Below, one piece after another: positions 10,643 to 22,004 of a stretch of DNA of 64,000 nt. This stretch comes from an uncultured delta proteobacterium. Lineage in GTDB: Bacteria > Myxococcota_A > Polyangia > Haliangiales > Haliangiaceae. The stretch is taken from the NCBI GenBank assembly GCA_963848295.1, contig CAWKDB010000010.1, forward strand, positions 2,848,001 through 2,912,000, given 5' to 3'. The number at the start of each line of letters is the position of its first letter. Positions within the stretch are counted from its first letter, which is position 1. Below the pieces are notes generated by a model. That model had not been told where the DNA came from, ran no database searches, and saw only the letters and a list, made by a program, of their open reading frames with translations. The translations under genes were made by a program, and so were the position numbers.

Positions 10643-13011
10643 TTTCCCTCGATGAGAAACCGCGCGGCGGCCGGATCGTCATCCGACATCGGCGGGTCGG
10701 GCGGCGGTGGCGGCGGTGGCGGCTGGAGCGTGAACGGGTAATTCACTTGCACGGTGCCGCCATCGGGCACGGCCGGGAACTCGATCTCCGCGACGACGCC
10801 GGAGATGCAGCCGGTGAGCGCGCTATCGTCGATGCCATCGGCGGTCGAGCTGAGGACGTGGCCGTCGGCGCCGACCGAGAAGTGCACGGTCACGACACCG
10901 GCGAGCGTGCGGTGCTCGATCAGCGCACGCTGGTAACACTCGTGGATCGCCGCGATCCGCCGGCGCACGTAGCGGTGGATCACATTCTTGTCGAGATCGC
11001 CGATCGAGACCGCCTGGCCCACGACGATCGTCGGCATCGCCGCGATGCGGCCGAACCCGCCACCACCGACGCCGGAGCCGCTCATGCCAAAGCCGCGGCC
11101 GATCGTGCCGTAGCTGACGACATCGGCCATGCCGATGTCGCCGTAGCCGATGCCGCCACCGCTGGCCTCGGCGATGTGGTCCGGCACCTCGACCGGCACC
11201 GCGATCGTCGTCGCCGGCCCACCGCTGGTGACGCGCGACGCATCGACCGCGACGAACGCGGTGTACGGCGTCATCAAGTGCTGCGCGAGCGCGAGCTCGG
11301 TGATCTGCTTGACCACGGCCGGATCGGCTTTTCGGATCAGAGCGCGCGACAGCTCGGTGATGCGCTGGCGCGCCCAGACGGTCGCGATCGCGGGGCGCGT
11401 TGCGTCGTGATCGGGCAACGTCACCGGAACCTCGAACGCGACTGCTCGGCCGCCGAGCATGCCGCGCACCGTGACGGTGGCGCTGCCGCCGCGATCGTAG
11501 TGACCCGACACGACGAGCGGCTGACCGGCGAACAGATCGGGCAACGCGTTCGGGGTTGCATCGCGCACCGCGAGCCCGCCCCAGTCGACGCGAAGATCGG
11601 TCAGCACCGGCGCGTCGATCCGGCGCACGAACGCGGCGACCGCACGCGCCGTATCCTCGTCGGGACGCACGTACTGGACGTCGCCGCGCCCGACCACCGC
11701 GAGCTCGTCGAGCAAGTAGCGATTGACCGCCGAGCCGACCCCGAAGCTGAACAGCCGGGCGGCGCCGAGCTTCGCGCTCACGGTCGCGAGCACGTCGTCT
11801 TCGTTCCCGACGTAGCCATCGGTGAGAAACGCGACGATCCGCAACCGCGCCGGATCGTGCGGCACCGCGAGCGCCGCGGCGATGCCGGTCGTCATCTCGG
11901 TACCGCCGTTCGCGTCGAGCTTCGCGAGCCAATCGAGCGTGAGCGCGACGTTCTGCGGCTTGTTCGCGATCGGTGCCGCGCCGAGCGCGCTCGCGCGATC
12001 CGCGAAGCGCACGATCTGAAACGTATCGTCGGGTCGCAGCTTGCGCAGCGCCTCGCCGATGACTTGCTTGGCTTTTGCGAGCGGCGCGCCGCGCATCGAC
12101 GACGACGTGTCGAGCACGAACACGAGCTCGCGCGGCGTGATCGTCTCGGGGGCGGGCGCGGCCGGCGGTTGAGCGACGAGCAGGAAGCTGCCGTCGCCGC
12201 CATCGCGATAGCCGAGCACGCCGAACCGCGGCGTGTCGCCGGCGACGCGATAGCGCAGCACGAAGTCTTTGTTCGGGATGGTGTCGCCGGGCGCGAGCTC
12301 GATCGACGCACGCGACGGGCCCGGCCGCGCGAGCACGAGTCGATGCGAAGGCGAGGTCACATCTTCGATCGGCACGCCGGCATCGAGCTCGACGCTCAAG
12401 CTGATGTCGTGCGAGCTGCGAACCCCGGGAGGCAGTACGGGCGCTTGCACGGTCGGGTCCTTACCAGCGCTGGGCAAGTAGCGCGGGCCGACGACCATCG
12501 GGAACGCGAGCTCGTAGCCGCCGTCGGCGTAAGGCAACCGCTCGACGTAGCGCAGCGTGACGTCGATCTCGGCCGCGGGCTCGAGGTTCGCGATCGACTG
12601 CGTGAACAGATTCGGCCGCTCCTCGGTGAGCAGCGCGGCGACGAGCCCTTTGCGGCGCGCGGCTCGATAGATCTGCTTCGCGGCCTCGCGCGGCTGGATC
12701 GTGCCGTGGATGACGTGCGTGCCGTTCGTGATCGTCAGCTCGGTGACCGCGGCGTCGTCGGGCAGTGGGAACAGGTAGACCGCCTCGATCTTCGTCGGGT
12801 ACGGATTGCGAAAGTGCTGGGTCACGGTTGCATCGGCGAGGAAGCCGTCGACGCGGATGTGAACGTCGGTGTGGGCGAGCGGAACGTCGATCGTCTTGCC
12901 GTGCTCGCGAGTCACGAGCCGGCCTTCGGTCGTCGCATCGCCACTCGTCGCGCGCGCAACGGCGGACGCGGACAATAGGATCCCGATCACCAGCGCGCTG
13001 GTGTTGCGCAT
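10639..13011 (-). CDS. Secreted VIT + vWA protein with AgmX/PglI (TonB-C-like) C-terminal domain
   Basis: Signal peptide; VIT (EAVYLFPLP); MIDAS DTSSS, GGT, LTDG; C-terminal IHECYQRAL...G.V...EFPA..DGGTVQVNYPF. Confidence 0.88.
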   Translation of the reverse strand: MRNTSALVIGILLSASAVARATSGDATTEGRLVTREHGKTIDVPLAHTDVHIRVDGFLADATVTQHFRNPYPTKIEAVYLFPLPDDAAVTELTITNGTHVIHGTIQPREAAKQIYRAARRKGLVAALLTEERPNLFTQSIANLEPAAEIDVTLRYVERLPYADGGYELAFPMVVGPRYLPSAGKDPTVQAPVLPPGVRSSHDISLSVELDAGVPIEDVTSPSHRLVLARPGPSRASIELAPGDTIPNKDFVLRYRVAGDTPRFGVLGYRDGGDGSFLLVAQPPAAPAPETITPRELVFVLDTSSSMRGAPLAKAKQVIGEALRKLRPDDTFQIVRFADRASALGAAPIANKPQNVALTLDWLAKLDANGGTEMTTGIAAALAVPHDPARLRIVAFLTDGYVGNEDDVLATVSAKLGAARLFSFGVGSAVNRYLLDELAVVGRGDVQYVRPDEDTARAVAAFVRRIDAPVLTDLRVDWGGLAVRDATPNALPDLFAGQPLVVSGHYDRGGSATVTVRGMLGGRAVAFEVPVTLPDHDATRPAIATVWARQRITELSRALIRKADPAVVKQITELALAQHLMTPYTAFVAVDASRVTSGGPATTIAVPVEVPDHIAEASGGGIGYGDIGMADVVSYGTIGRGFGMSGSGVGGGGFGRIAAMPTIVVGQAVSIGDLDKNVIHRYVRRRIAAIHECYQRALIEHRTLAGVVTVHFSVGADGHVLSSTADGIDDSALTGCISGVVAEIEFPAVPDGGTVQVNYPFTLQPPPPPPPPDPPMSDDDPAAARFLIEGK

Positions 13012-13099
13012 GACTGCTCCTCGCGACGCGGAGCGGCCCGCGTTCACCACTTCGACAGTGGCGCGCGCGATCGGTTCCCCGAGATTCGGCTAGGACCCG

Positions 13100-14005
13100 C
13101 TACGGCAGGCAGGTGCCGCCGAGTGCGCTGGTCGAATCGCCGCACGTCGAGCCGACCCGACACGTCAGGCCGGGGCAACATGGATCGGTCAACACGCCGG
13201 CGTTCTGGCCACTCTCGGTCTCGCAGCCGGCCGTCCCGCTCGGAGCACACGTCGCCGGCAGAGGTAGCCCGTGGGTCGCCTGCGAGTACTCGGCGGAGGT
13301 CAAGCAATACGAGCTTTCGCCGCCGGAACCGAGTGGATCGCACTCGAGCGTCGACACGAGGATCCCGCCGGGACACGTGTCGCTGCCGCCACCGTCGCCA
13401 CCACTGCTCGACTGCGGCGGCGCGATCGTCACCTGAACCGTGAGCGGGTTGTTCGCCACCGCGGTCGCAAGCGTGATCAACGTCGCCGGGTCATCGATCG
13501 ACGCGCAATCCGTGCTCGCCACGACTGACACTTCGAGCCCGAAGGTCGCGCCGGTCGGCTCGCTCGCGGCGAACCCGACGCTGCCGTTGATCGTTCCCGC
13601 GGTCTTGTGGTCGTGCAGGCCGGGGAAACATCCGGTGTGCGAGCTATGCCCGCCGGTGCCGGATAGCCTGAACGCGAGCATCGGCTGGCAGCCGTTCGGA
13701 TCGGCGAAGCTCACGTCGAGGATGTCAGTGAACGGAACGTCGTCGAAGATCAGCGAGCCGAGCGAGAACGAGAGCGACACCGGCACGGAGGTGATCGACG
13801 GCACCATCGGCGACGTGCTCGTCGCGGTGATCAGCGTGGTGACGGCCGTCGAGTCGACGTACGTCACGGGTACGGTGTTGCCGCTGCCGTCTTCGAGTAC
13901 GAAATGCGCCATCAAGCAGTCGAGATCATCCGAGCCGCAGGTCGGCGGTGGGCTCGTGCACGCAGCAAGGCAGACACCCGACGCGAGTAGGATCCGTGAC
14001 ATCAA
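13100..14005 (-). CDS. Cys-rich hypothetical lipoprotein
   Basis: Lipobox LAAC; Cys-rich C-terminus; genome-typical codon use. Confidence 0.7.
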   Translation of the reverse strand: MMSRILLASGVCLAACTSPPPTCGSDDLDCLMAHFVLEDGSGNTVPVTYVDSTAVTTLITATSTSPMVPSITSVPVSLSFSLGSLIFDDVPFTDILDVSFADPNGCQPMLAFRLSGTGGHSSHTGCFPGLHDHKTAGTINGSVGFAASEPTGATFGLEVSVVASTDCASIDDPATLITLATAVANNPLTVQVTIAPPQSSSGGDGGGSDTCPGGILVSTLECDPLGSGGESSYCLTSAEYSQATHGLPLPATCAPSGTAGCETESGQNAGVLTDPCCPGLTCRVGSTCGDSTSALGGTCLP

Positions 14006-14135
14006 GACATCTATCGTAGTCGAACCGACGATCCGGCGTCGGGTAAGTATCGGGTCCGCTGCGTGACGGACCAGCGTCTTCGACCCACATGCCTGCGCGA
14101 CGGGCGTCGGGCGAGCGGCGTGCCATCATCGAGCC

Positions 14136-14727
14136 GTGCAGCGCACCGGCCTCGCGTTCGTCTGCCTCGCGGCGTGCGCTGGACCACTCGTCCCGATCGA
14201 GCCGATGCCGATCGCTTGAGTCATGCCGGGCAACCGCGGTTCGTACGAAAAGGCGGCGTCGCGCTCTCCGGCCGGAACTGCGGCGAGGCATACCAGCGCG
14301 CGGTCACCGGCGTGCCCGAGGCTGCGGCGCTGATGCGCGAACGTTCGAGCTACATGACGGCGTACGGTGCGCTGATCTCCAGCGTCCCCGTGCTGCCGAT
14401 CGGTTCACTCGCCGCCGGTGATGCGTTCGCCGATCACGGCACGCGCGATGCGGTGATCGGGGCGGCTTCGGGCTCGCGCTGACTTCGTTCGTGGTCGGGA
14501 TCGCGATGGGACACGTCGCGATGACCAAGCGCAGCGAGGCCGTACACCTCTACAATGCGCGGTACGCGCGGCTCGTCCCAGCACCGCCGCCGGCGCCGAC
14601 CGATTGCCGCGCTGCCTGCGCGCTCGACGGCGCGCGGTGCGGCAGCTTCGAGCAAGACGAATGTCCTCGCCGGCCCGACGCGATGTGCAGCAGGTGGTAC
14701 CCGTGCGACGCCGCGTACTGCGAGTGA
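14136..14727 (+). pseudogene. Frameshifted membrane lipoprotein
   Basis: VQRTGLAFVCLAAC signal, then AYQRAVTGVPEAAALM...TM, then GGFGLALTSFVVG...AVHLYNAR in three successive frames; shifts near 14210 and 14460. Confidence 0.5.
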
Positions 14728-14741
14728 CGAACCCCGCGGCT

Positions 14742-14840
14742 AAGTTGACAATAGAGACAGCGTCACCAAATTCTTCCAGTCGATGCCACTAGATAGACAG
14801 GGGGCCTCTGGGCACAAGTTGACAATAGAGACAGCGTCCC
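14742..14840 (+). repeat. Direct repeat pair AAGTTGACAATAGAGACAGCGTC (dispersed family, locus A)
   Basis: Identical 23-mers at 14742 and 14816 (period 74). Confidence 0.9.
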
Positions 14841-15560
14841 TCAGTCGCACTCGGTCGGCGCGCAGAAGACTTCGACGGAGTCGAGGCCGGCGCCGGTATC
14901 GGGCACGAGGGTCAGGATCTGATCGTTCGGCGGGCAGCTGACCATCGACGGGTTCATGGTGTCGGAGCCGGTATTTGCGATCGGGACCGCGACGGTCGTC
15001 GTGGATCTGCCGGTGATGTCGATGCCGGTGCAGTAGATGGTCGCGCTCAGGAACAAGGTGCGGTAGTGGCTGCCGTAGACCTGCATGCCGGTGACCGCCG
15101 TGCCGTCTGCACATTCGGCGAGCCCGGTCAGCGCGGCCGGTGTGAACCCCGCGCCGCCGACGCCGACCACGTCTATCGTGTAGACCGCGCCGGTGTGGGC
15201 GCCGGTGTGATCGATCGTGATCGGCGCACACGCGATCCGGATCCCTTGGGCCGAGTCGGTGTCGCCGCCGTTCACCGGCTGTTCGCTCATGTAGAGCGCC
15301 ACGCCGATGATCCGATCGGTCGCGAGACACGCCAGCGCCATCTTCGTGCCGCCGCCGGTACTGAGACCGACCTGGCCTTCGTCGGTGCCGATCAGGCCCG
15401 CGCCGACCTTGCACGTCAGGTTCGACGCATCCAGCGCGTCCGAGCCCTCTGGGGCATCGACCGCACGGGCGTCGATGCCCGCCCCGGCGATCGGGGTCGT
15501 GAACTGGCACGCTGGCGCGAGCAGGAGAGCGGTACTGCGAAGTGCGGCCGTGAGGTTCAA
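14841..15560 (-). CDS. Cys-rich exported protein, possible beta-prism (jacalin/VOMI-like) fold
   Basis: TTG start overlapping the receiver stop; hydrophobic leader ending in C; three C......I.G...(I/V).(I/V).C repeats. Confidence 0.62.
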   Translation of the reverse strand: MNLTAALRSTALLLAPACQFTTPIAGAGIDARAVDAPEGSDALDASNLTCKVGAGLIGTDEGQVGLSTGGGTKMALACLATDRIIGVALYMSEQPVNGGDTDSAQGIRIACAPITIDHTGAHTGAVYTIDVVGVGGAGFTPAALTGLAECADGTAVTGMQVYGSHYRTLFLSATIYCTGIDITGRSTTTVAVPIANTGSDTMNPSMVSCPPNDQILTLVPDTGAGLDSVEVFCAPTECD

Positions 15561-15996
15561 GACTGGAGTGGAGCCGGTTGGTTGAGCAAGAGCCAGTATA
15601 GTCCGACCTGCCGGATCGCCTCGACGAACTGCGTGAAGTCGACCGGCTTGCGAATGTAGCTGTTCGCTCCGAGGTCGTAACTGCGCAGCAGATCTTGGTC
15701 TTCGACCGACGCTGTCAAGATGACGACCGGCAACAGCTTCGTGCGCTCGTCCGCCCGCATGCCACGGAGCACCTCGAGCCCACCGAGCTTCGGCAGCTTG
15801 AGATCGAGCAACACGAGCTGCGGCACTTCGGTGACCGGGCGATTCGCGTGCTTGCCGCGGCGGAACAAGTAGTCGAGTGCCTCGGCGCCGTCGTGCGCGA
15901 CGACGACGCGATTGATGACGTTGCTCTTCGCGAGCGCGCGCAGCGTGAGCTCTTCGTCGTCGGGGTTGTCTTCGACGAGCAGGATGACGCGATCGA

Positions 15997-16000
<4 letters not shown>
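15557..16000 (-). CDS. Single-domain response regulator (Rcp1-like)
   Basis: LLVEDNPDD, LLDLKLP, LTAS, GANSYIRKPVDF; TTG overlapping the kinase stop. Confidence 0.92.
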
Positions 16001-17703
<1,703 letters not shown>

Positions 17704-17737
17704 GCGATCAATGTAGCGCGGTCTCGTCGCGGGAAGG

Positions 17738-18376
17738 TCAGCGATAGCCATCCTCGAACGCGAGGATCTCGCTCGGCCGGGCCCGCCGGGCCGCGCCGAC
17801 GATCGCCAGCGTGTGCAGGTCGCCACCGAGCGCCTCGTTCGCGCCGGCGTCGGCGGCGACCCACGCCGTGCCGTCCGCGATCCGCATCGGGTCGATGAGG
17901 TCGTCGCTGTGGATCGGCCGAAACCGCCAGGCCGCATCGAAGTTGCAAGGGCCTCGGCCGCACCCGTGCTTCGCTTGGACGAGTGAGCCGCGAACGTCGA
18001 CGTAGTAGACGCGCCCGGCGTCGAGGTTCGCTTCGAGTGCCTCGACACTGCCTGCGCCATCGCGAGCCCAACCCACGAACCAATGTTGCCCCGGTGCGAA
18101 CGCGACCGCGAAGCTCGTCCCCGCGGCGCTATCGCCGAGAAACTGTGCGTTCTCGTCGACGATGCGCACGGTCGGGGTGCCGGCGAAGCGATAGCCTCGT
18201 GATGCGCGGGCACAGATCTCGTCCGGGGCGCAATCGCCGTCGCGCGGCTCGGAGTGATGGACGAACACGACGGTCGCGTGCGCTGGATCGGCCTTACCGG
18301 CGATCGTCGTCGCGTGCATGTACGACGGCATCGCGCCACACCCGGTCGCGACGAGGCACGCGGCGGCGAGCTTCAT
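17738..18376 (-). CDS. Hypothetical lipoprotein (DUF2846-like)
   Basis: MKLAAACLVATGC; PGQHWF, LDAGRVYYV motifs. Confidence 0.65.
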   Translation of the reverse strand: MKLAAACLVATGCGAMPSYMHATTIAGKADPAHATVVFVHHSEPRDGDCAPDEICARASRGYRFAGTPTVRIVDENAQFLGDSAAGTSFAVAFAPGQHWFVGWARDGAGSVEALEANLDAGRVYYVDVRGSLVQAKHGCGRGPCNFDAAWRFRPIHSDDLIDPMRIADGTAWVAADAGANEALGGDLHTLAIVGAARRARPSEILAFEDGYR

Positions 18377-18492
18377 GCGGTCAACGGTAGGGGAGCGCGG
18401 ACGCAGTCGCCGTGAAGTTCTCGTGAATCCGAAACGACAATGACTCGACGTCTGTCGAGGACGCCGAGTCATCGCCGGGAGGATCGCGTGAG

Positions 18493-18711
18493 CTAGCGGG
18501 TCGCGGCCGCGGGCGGGCGAACGCACATCGCGGTGCGGACGCCGCTCGGACGGCATGCGATCGCCGCGGCGTTGACGCTCTTGTGATGCAGCACCGTCGT
18601 GGTCGGCGACGCGCCGCCGCCGGCGCCGCCGACGGCCTCGAGTTGCTCGCCGTCGAGGACGCGAACGGTCGAGGCGACGAGCGAGAGCTTCTTGTTGCTG
18701 ATCTTCTTCAT
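18493..18711 (-). CDS. Putative lanthipeptide/RiPP precursor (double-glycine leader)
   Basis: GGAG Shine-Dalgarno; KKLSL..STVRVL leader, EQLEAVGG cleavage motif; core with 8 Ser/Thr and 2 Cys; directly downstream of lanC. Confidence 0.75.
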   Translation of the reverse strand: MKKISNKKLSLVASTVRVLDGEQLEAVGGAGGGASPTTTVLHHKSVNAAAIACRPSGVRTAMCVRPPAAATR

Positions 18712-18830
18712 GGGAGGCTCCGAATAAAGGGTGAGGTTCCAGTCCGGGGAGCGACGCCAGCCGGCGCGTCGCGAGTCCTACCCAAGAGCCCCCGCCCCGA
18801 CGTTTCGGCTCATCTCTCTACAATTTTTTA

Positions 18831-20054
18831 TCAGCGAGCGATCGACAGCATCAAAGCTCGATCCCACGCGGGGTTGGAGCCGTCGACCGCCGACTGCAAC
18901 GCCAGCGCGACGCCGGCGGCGCCGGTCACGATGCCGACCGAGGCGACGCCGAGCGCGAGTCCGGGATCCACGACCTGTGGCGCGAACCCACCGACCGGGT
19001 CGACCTTGCGCAGGTCGAGCGCCGCTTCGAACCACGTGCGAGCGGCGGCCTCGAGCACCGGATCACCATCGTCGCGAGCCGCGCGCGCGAACATCGCGCC
19101 GAGCCCGGCGGCGCCATGACACAAGCACGCATCGACCACCCCGGTCGTCGCGCGCGGGCGCGCCGCCGCCGCGTGCGCGAGCACCCGCGCACGAGCGACC
19201 CAATCGGCGCGGCCCATCGCAAGGCCGGCTTCGCGCAACGCGGTCGCCACCGACAGCTCGCCGTAACACCAGCCGAGGCGCGAGGGCACGCCGTTGTCGC
19301 CGCGGTGGACGAAGTCGGCGAACCGATGCTCCGGCAGCTCGCGCGCGAGCAACCAAGCCACCGCGCCTTCGGCCAGCTCGCGAGCGATCTCGGGCGAGAC
19401 CCCGCGCGCGACGCACGCCGCCAGTAACGCGATCACCGCCGGTGAACCGTGGGCGAGCCCGAGGTTGTATGCGCCGTCGGGATACTGCGCACGCAGATCG
19501 GCGTCGAACATCTCGTCGGGCAGCGGCCACGCGATGCCGTCGGGCATGCGCTCGGCGAGCCGATCGAGCCGCGCGACGATCTGCTCGAGCATCGCGTGTG
19601 CGATATCCCGCGGGGCGCGTTCGAGCGCGTAGACCCCGATGCCGACGACGCCACCGGTCAGATCGTAGTCGGTCGGCGACGCCGGCGCGGCGAGCTCGGC
19701 GAGCACCGCCTCGTCGATCGCGGCATTCGGGTCCTCACCATCCGCGTCGATCACGCGACCGATCAGGTGCTCGGTGGCCCACGCCACGCCGACGTATCCG
19801 TGATGCAACATCGCGGGCATCGGCTCGGCGGCGAGCGCATCGATCGCACGCTCGAGGTAGCGCGCCGCGACCGCGTCGTAATCGCGATCGGGAGTCGCGG
19901 CGTGCAGGTAGCTGTAGAACACGGCGAGCCCGGCGTCGCCGTCGGCGAGCGTCGCGCTGACCCGCCAGTCCGGCGGCGGATCACGCAGCGCGGCTGCGAC
20001 CGCATCGATCGCTTCGCGAGCGCGGCGCGCGGAATCGCCAACCAGCTGAGCCAC
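18831..20054 (-). CDS. lanC: LanC-like lanthionine cyclase
   Basis: G.AG repeats, YDLTGG..GIG, NLGLAHG, GWCYG, CLCHG (Zn ligands intact); GTG start. Confidence 0.9.
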   Translation of the reverse strand: MAQLVGDSARRAREAIDAVAAALRDPPPDWRVSATLADGDAGLAVFYSYLHAATPDRDYDAVAARYLERAIDALAAEPMPAMLHHGYVGVAWATEHLIGRVIDADGEDPNAAIDEAVLAELAAPASPTDYDLTGGVVGIGVYALERAPRDIAHAMLEQIVARLDRLAERMPDGIAWPLPDEMFDADLRAQYPDGAYNLGLAHGSPAVIALLAACVARGVSPEIARELAEGAVAWLLARELPEHRFADFVHRGDNGVPSRLGWCYGELSVATALREAGLAMGRADWVARARVLAHAAAARPRATTGVVDACLCHGAAGLGAMFARAARDDGDPVLEAAARTWFEAALDLRKVDPVGGFAPQVVDPGLALGVASVGIVTGAAGVALALQSAVDGSNPAWDRALMLSIAR

Positions 20055-20123
20055 GTAACCGTTCTTAACGCAATCCGAGCAACCCGTGGGCGGTCCGCCG
20101 CGCCCTTCGAGTAATGTCCGCGC

Positions 20124-20858
20124 ATGGCGCATACGAAGATCGAGATCAAGACCGAAGACGGCACCTGCCCGGCTTACGTGTTCAAGCCCGACGGCAAGGG
20201 CCCGTGGCCGGGCGTCCTGATGTTCATGGATGGGATCGGGATTCGCCCGTCGCAGCTCGAGATCGCGGCGCGCATCGCCGCGGCCGGGTACTACACGCTG
20301 CTGCCCGACGTGTTCTATCGCATGGGCGCGTACGAGCCGATCGTGCCCGCGAAGGTGTTCGGCGATGCCGAGTGGCGCACCACGTGGTTCGGCAAGGTCA
20401 TGCAGATCGCGAGCGTCGACAACATCATGCGCGACACCAAGGCGTTCCTCGCGCACTTCGCGGCGCAGCCCGATGTCAAAGGCAACGCGATCGGTGTGAC
20501 CGGATACTGCATGGGCGGCCGGCTCTCCGTGTGCGCGGCCGGTTACTTCGGCGCGAAGATCGCCGCGTGCGGCTCGTACCATCCCGGCGGCCTCGTCACC
20601 GACACGCCGGATAGCCCGCACAAGCTCGCGCCGCAGATCAAGGCGAAGCTGTTCATCGGGCCGTCGACCGACGACTTGCAAGGCGATGATCGAAAGCAGC
20701 TCGCGCAGGCGCTCACCGACGCGAAGGTCGATTTCACGATCGAGCAGTTCCACGCCAAGCACGGTTGGGTGCCGACCGACATGCCGGTTCACGATGCCGC
20801 CGAGGCCGAGCGCCACTACAAGACGCTGTTCGAGCTGTTCGCGCGGACCCTGACCTGA
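20124..20858 (+). CDS. Dienelactone hydrolase family protein
   Basis: GYCMGG nucleophile, MDGIGIRP, HGW. Confidence 0.93.
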   Translation: MAHTKIEIKTEDGTCPAYVFKPDGKGPWPGVLMFMDGIGIRPSQLEIAARIAAAGYYTLLPDVFYRMGAYEPIVPAKVFGDAEWRTTWFGKVMQIASVDNIMRDTKAFLAHFAAQPDVKGNAIGVTGYCMGGRLSVCAAGYFGAKIAACGSYHPGGLVTDTPDSPHKLAPQIKAKLFIGPSTDDLQGDDRKQLAQALTDAKVDFTIEQFHAKHGWVPTDMPVHDAAEAERHYKTLFELFARTLT

Positions 20859-20866
20859 CGGTTCGC

Positions 20867-21445
20867 GTGACGCTGTCGCATCATCTGTTCACGATGGCGC
20901 ACCACAACGCGTGGGCGAACCATCGCTTGCTCGCGGCGTGCGGCCGGCTCTCCCAAGCGGAGCTCGTCGCCACTCGCACGAGCTTCTTTCCGTCGATCAA
21001 GGCGACGCTGAACCACATCGTCACGGTCGATCGGTACTACGTCGCCGCTCTCGAGCATTGGCGGCGCAACGCTGCGCCGGAGCCGGATCCACGGCGCTAC
21101 TTCGACCCCGAACAGCCGTTCGAGCGCTGCGCCGAGTTGTCGGCGGCGCAACACGAGGTCGATCGTCGGCTGATCGCGCTGTGCCGATCGCTGGACGACG
21201 GCGAGCTCGATCAGCCGGTCGCGATCGCGCGCCGCGTCGGGATCCAGTACGAGACGGTGACGCGCACGCTCGCGCATCTGTTCGAGCATCAGATCCATCA
21301 TCGCGGCCAGGTTCACGCGATGCTCGCGGGGACGACGGTCGCGCCACCGCAACTCGACGAGTTCTTCTGCGCGAACGAGGTGGACCTACGGGCAACCGAG
21401 CTCGCCGAGCTCGGAACGTCCGAAGCCGAGATCTGGAATACCTAG
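20867..21445 (+). CDS. DinB/YfiT family protein
   Basis: NAWANHRL, SFFPSI..TLNH, HQIHHRGQVHAML. Confidence 0.9.
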   Translation: MTLSHHLFTMAHHNAWANHRLLAACGRLSQAELVATRTSFFPSIKATLNHIVTVDRYYVAALEHWRRNAAPEPDPRRYFDPEQPFERCAELSAAQHEVDRRLIALCRSLDDGELDQPVAIARRVGIQYETVTRTLAHLFEHQIHHRGQVHAMLAGTTVAPPQLDEFFCANEVDLRATELAELGTSEAEIWNT

Positions 21446-21900
21446 AGCGAGCCGCCGACCTTGAGCCCGGTCATCGTCGACGACGTATCGATCAGCGGGT
21501 CGTCGCAATGGCGCGAGTCGGTGCAGTGTTCGATCATCGGATCAACCGCGAGCGCGCCTTCGATCGTGACCGCGCTCGCGCCGACGTCGACCCAACCGAA
21601 GTCGCGGCTGTCGTTCGCGTAGTACACCGTGACGCGCCGGCGGCCCGGCGACATCCCGTAGATCCGGAACGCGCCGTGCTCGTCGGTGATCCCGGCTTCG
21701 GTCACGCGTGCGTCTTGCGCTTCGGCGATGATCGTTGCTCCGATCAACGGTGCACCGCTCGTATCGCTCAGCCGGCCGACGACCGAGCCCGGCATGCCAT
21801 GCGGCGCGTAGCCGACGAAGATCTTATCTGTGGGCTCGGACGCGAGCGACGAGAAGTGCGCGCAGCCAGCAACCACCGCGAGCGCGAGAGTCCTCATCAT
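21442..21900 (-). CDS. Carboxypeptidase regulatory-like domain lipoprotein
   Basis: Lipobox VAGC; G...DTSGAPLIGATI...TDEHGAF...PG motif. Confidence 0.72.
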   Translation of the reverse strand: MMRTLALAVVAGCAHFSSLASEPTDKIFVGYAPHGMPGSVVGRLSDTSGAPLIGATIIAEAQDARVTEAGITDEHGAFRIYGMSPGRRRVTVYYANDSRDFGWVDVGASAVTIEGALAVDPMIEHCTDSRHCDDPLIDTSSTMTGLKVGGSL

Positions 21901-22004
21901 CCGAGGATAGCTCGCGGCGCGCGACGAGTCATCGACAAACCTAGGGCCTGTCCCTCCGATCCATCCGGCGATACATCGGGGCGCGGATAGGCGAAGATCG
22001 CGCG

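Noticed and set aside
21941..21955. CTAGGGCCTGTCCC as an IS end
   Set aside because: Single short motif with no partner inverted repeat and no transposase.
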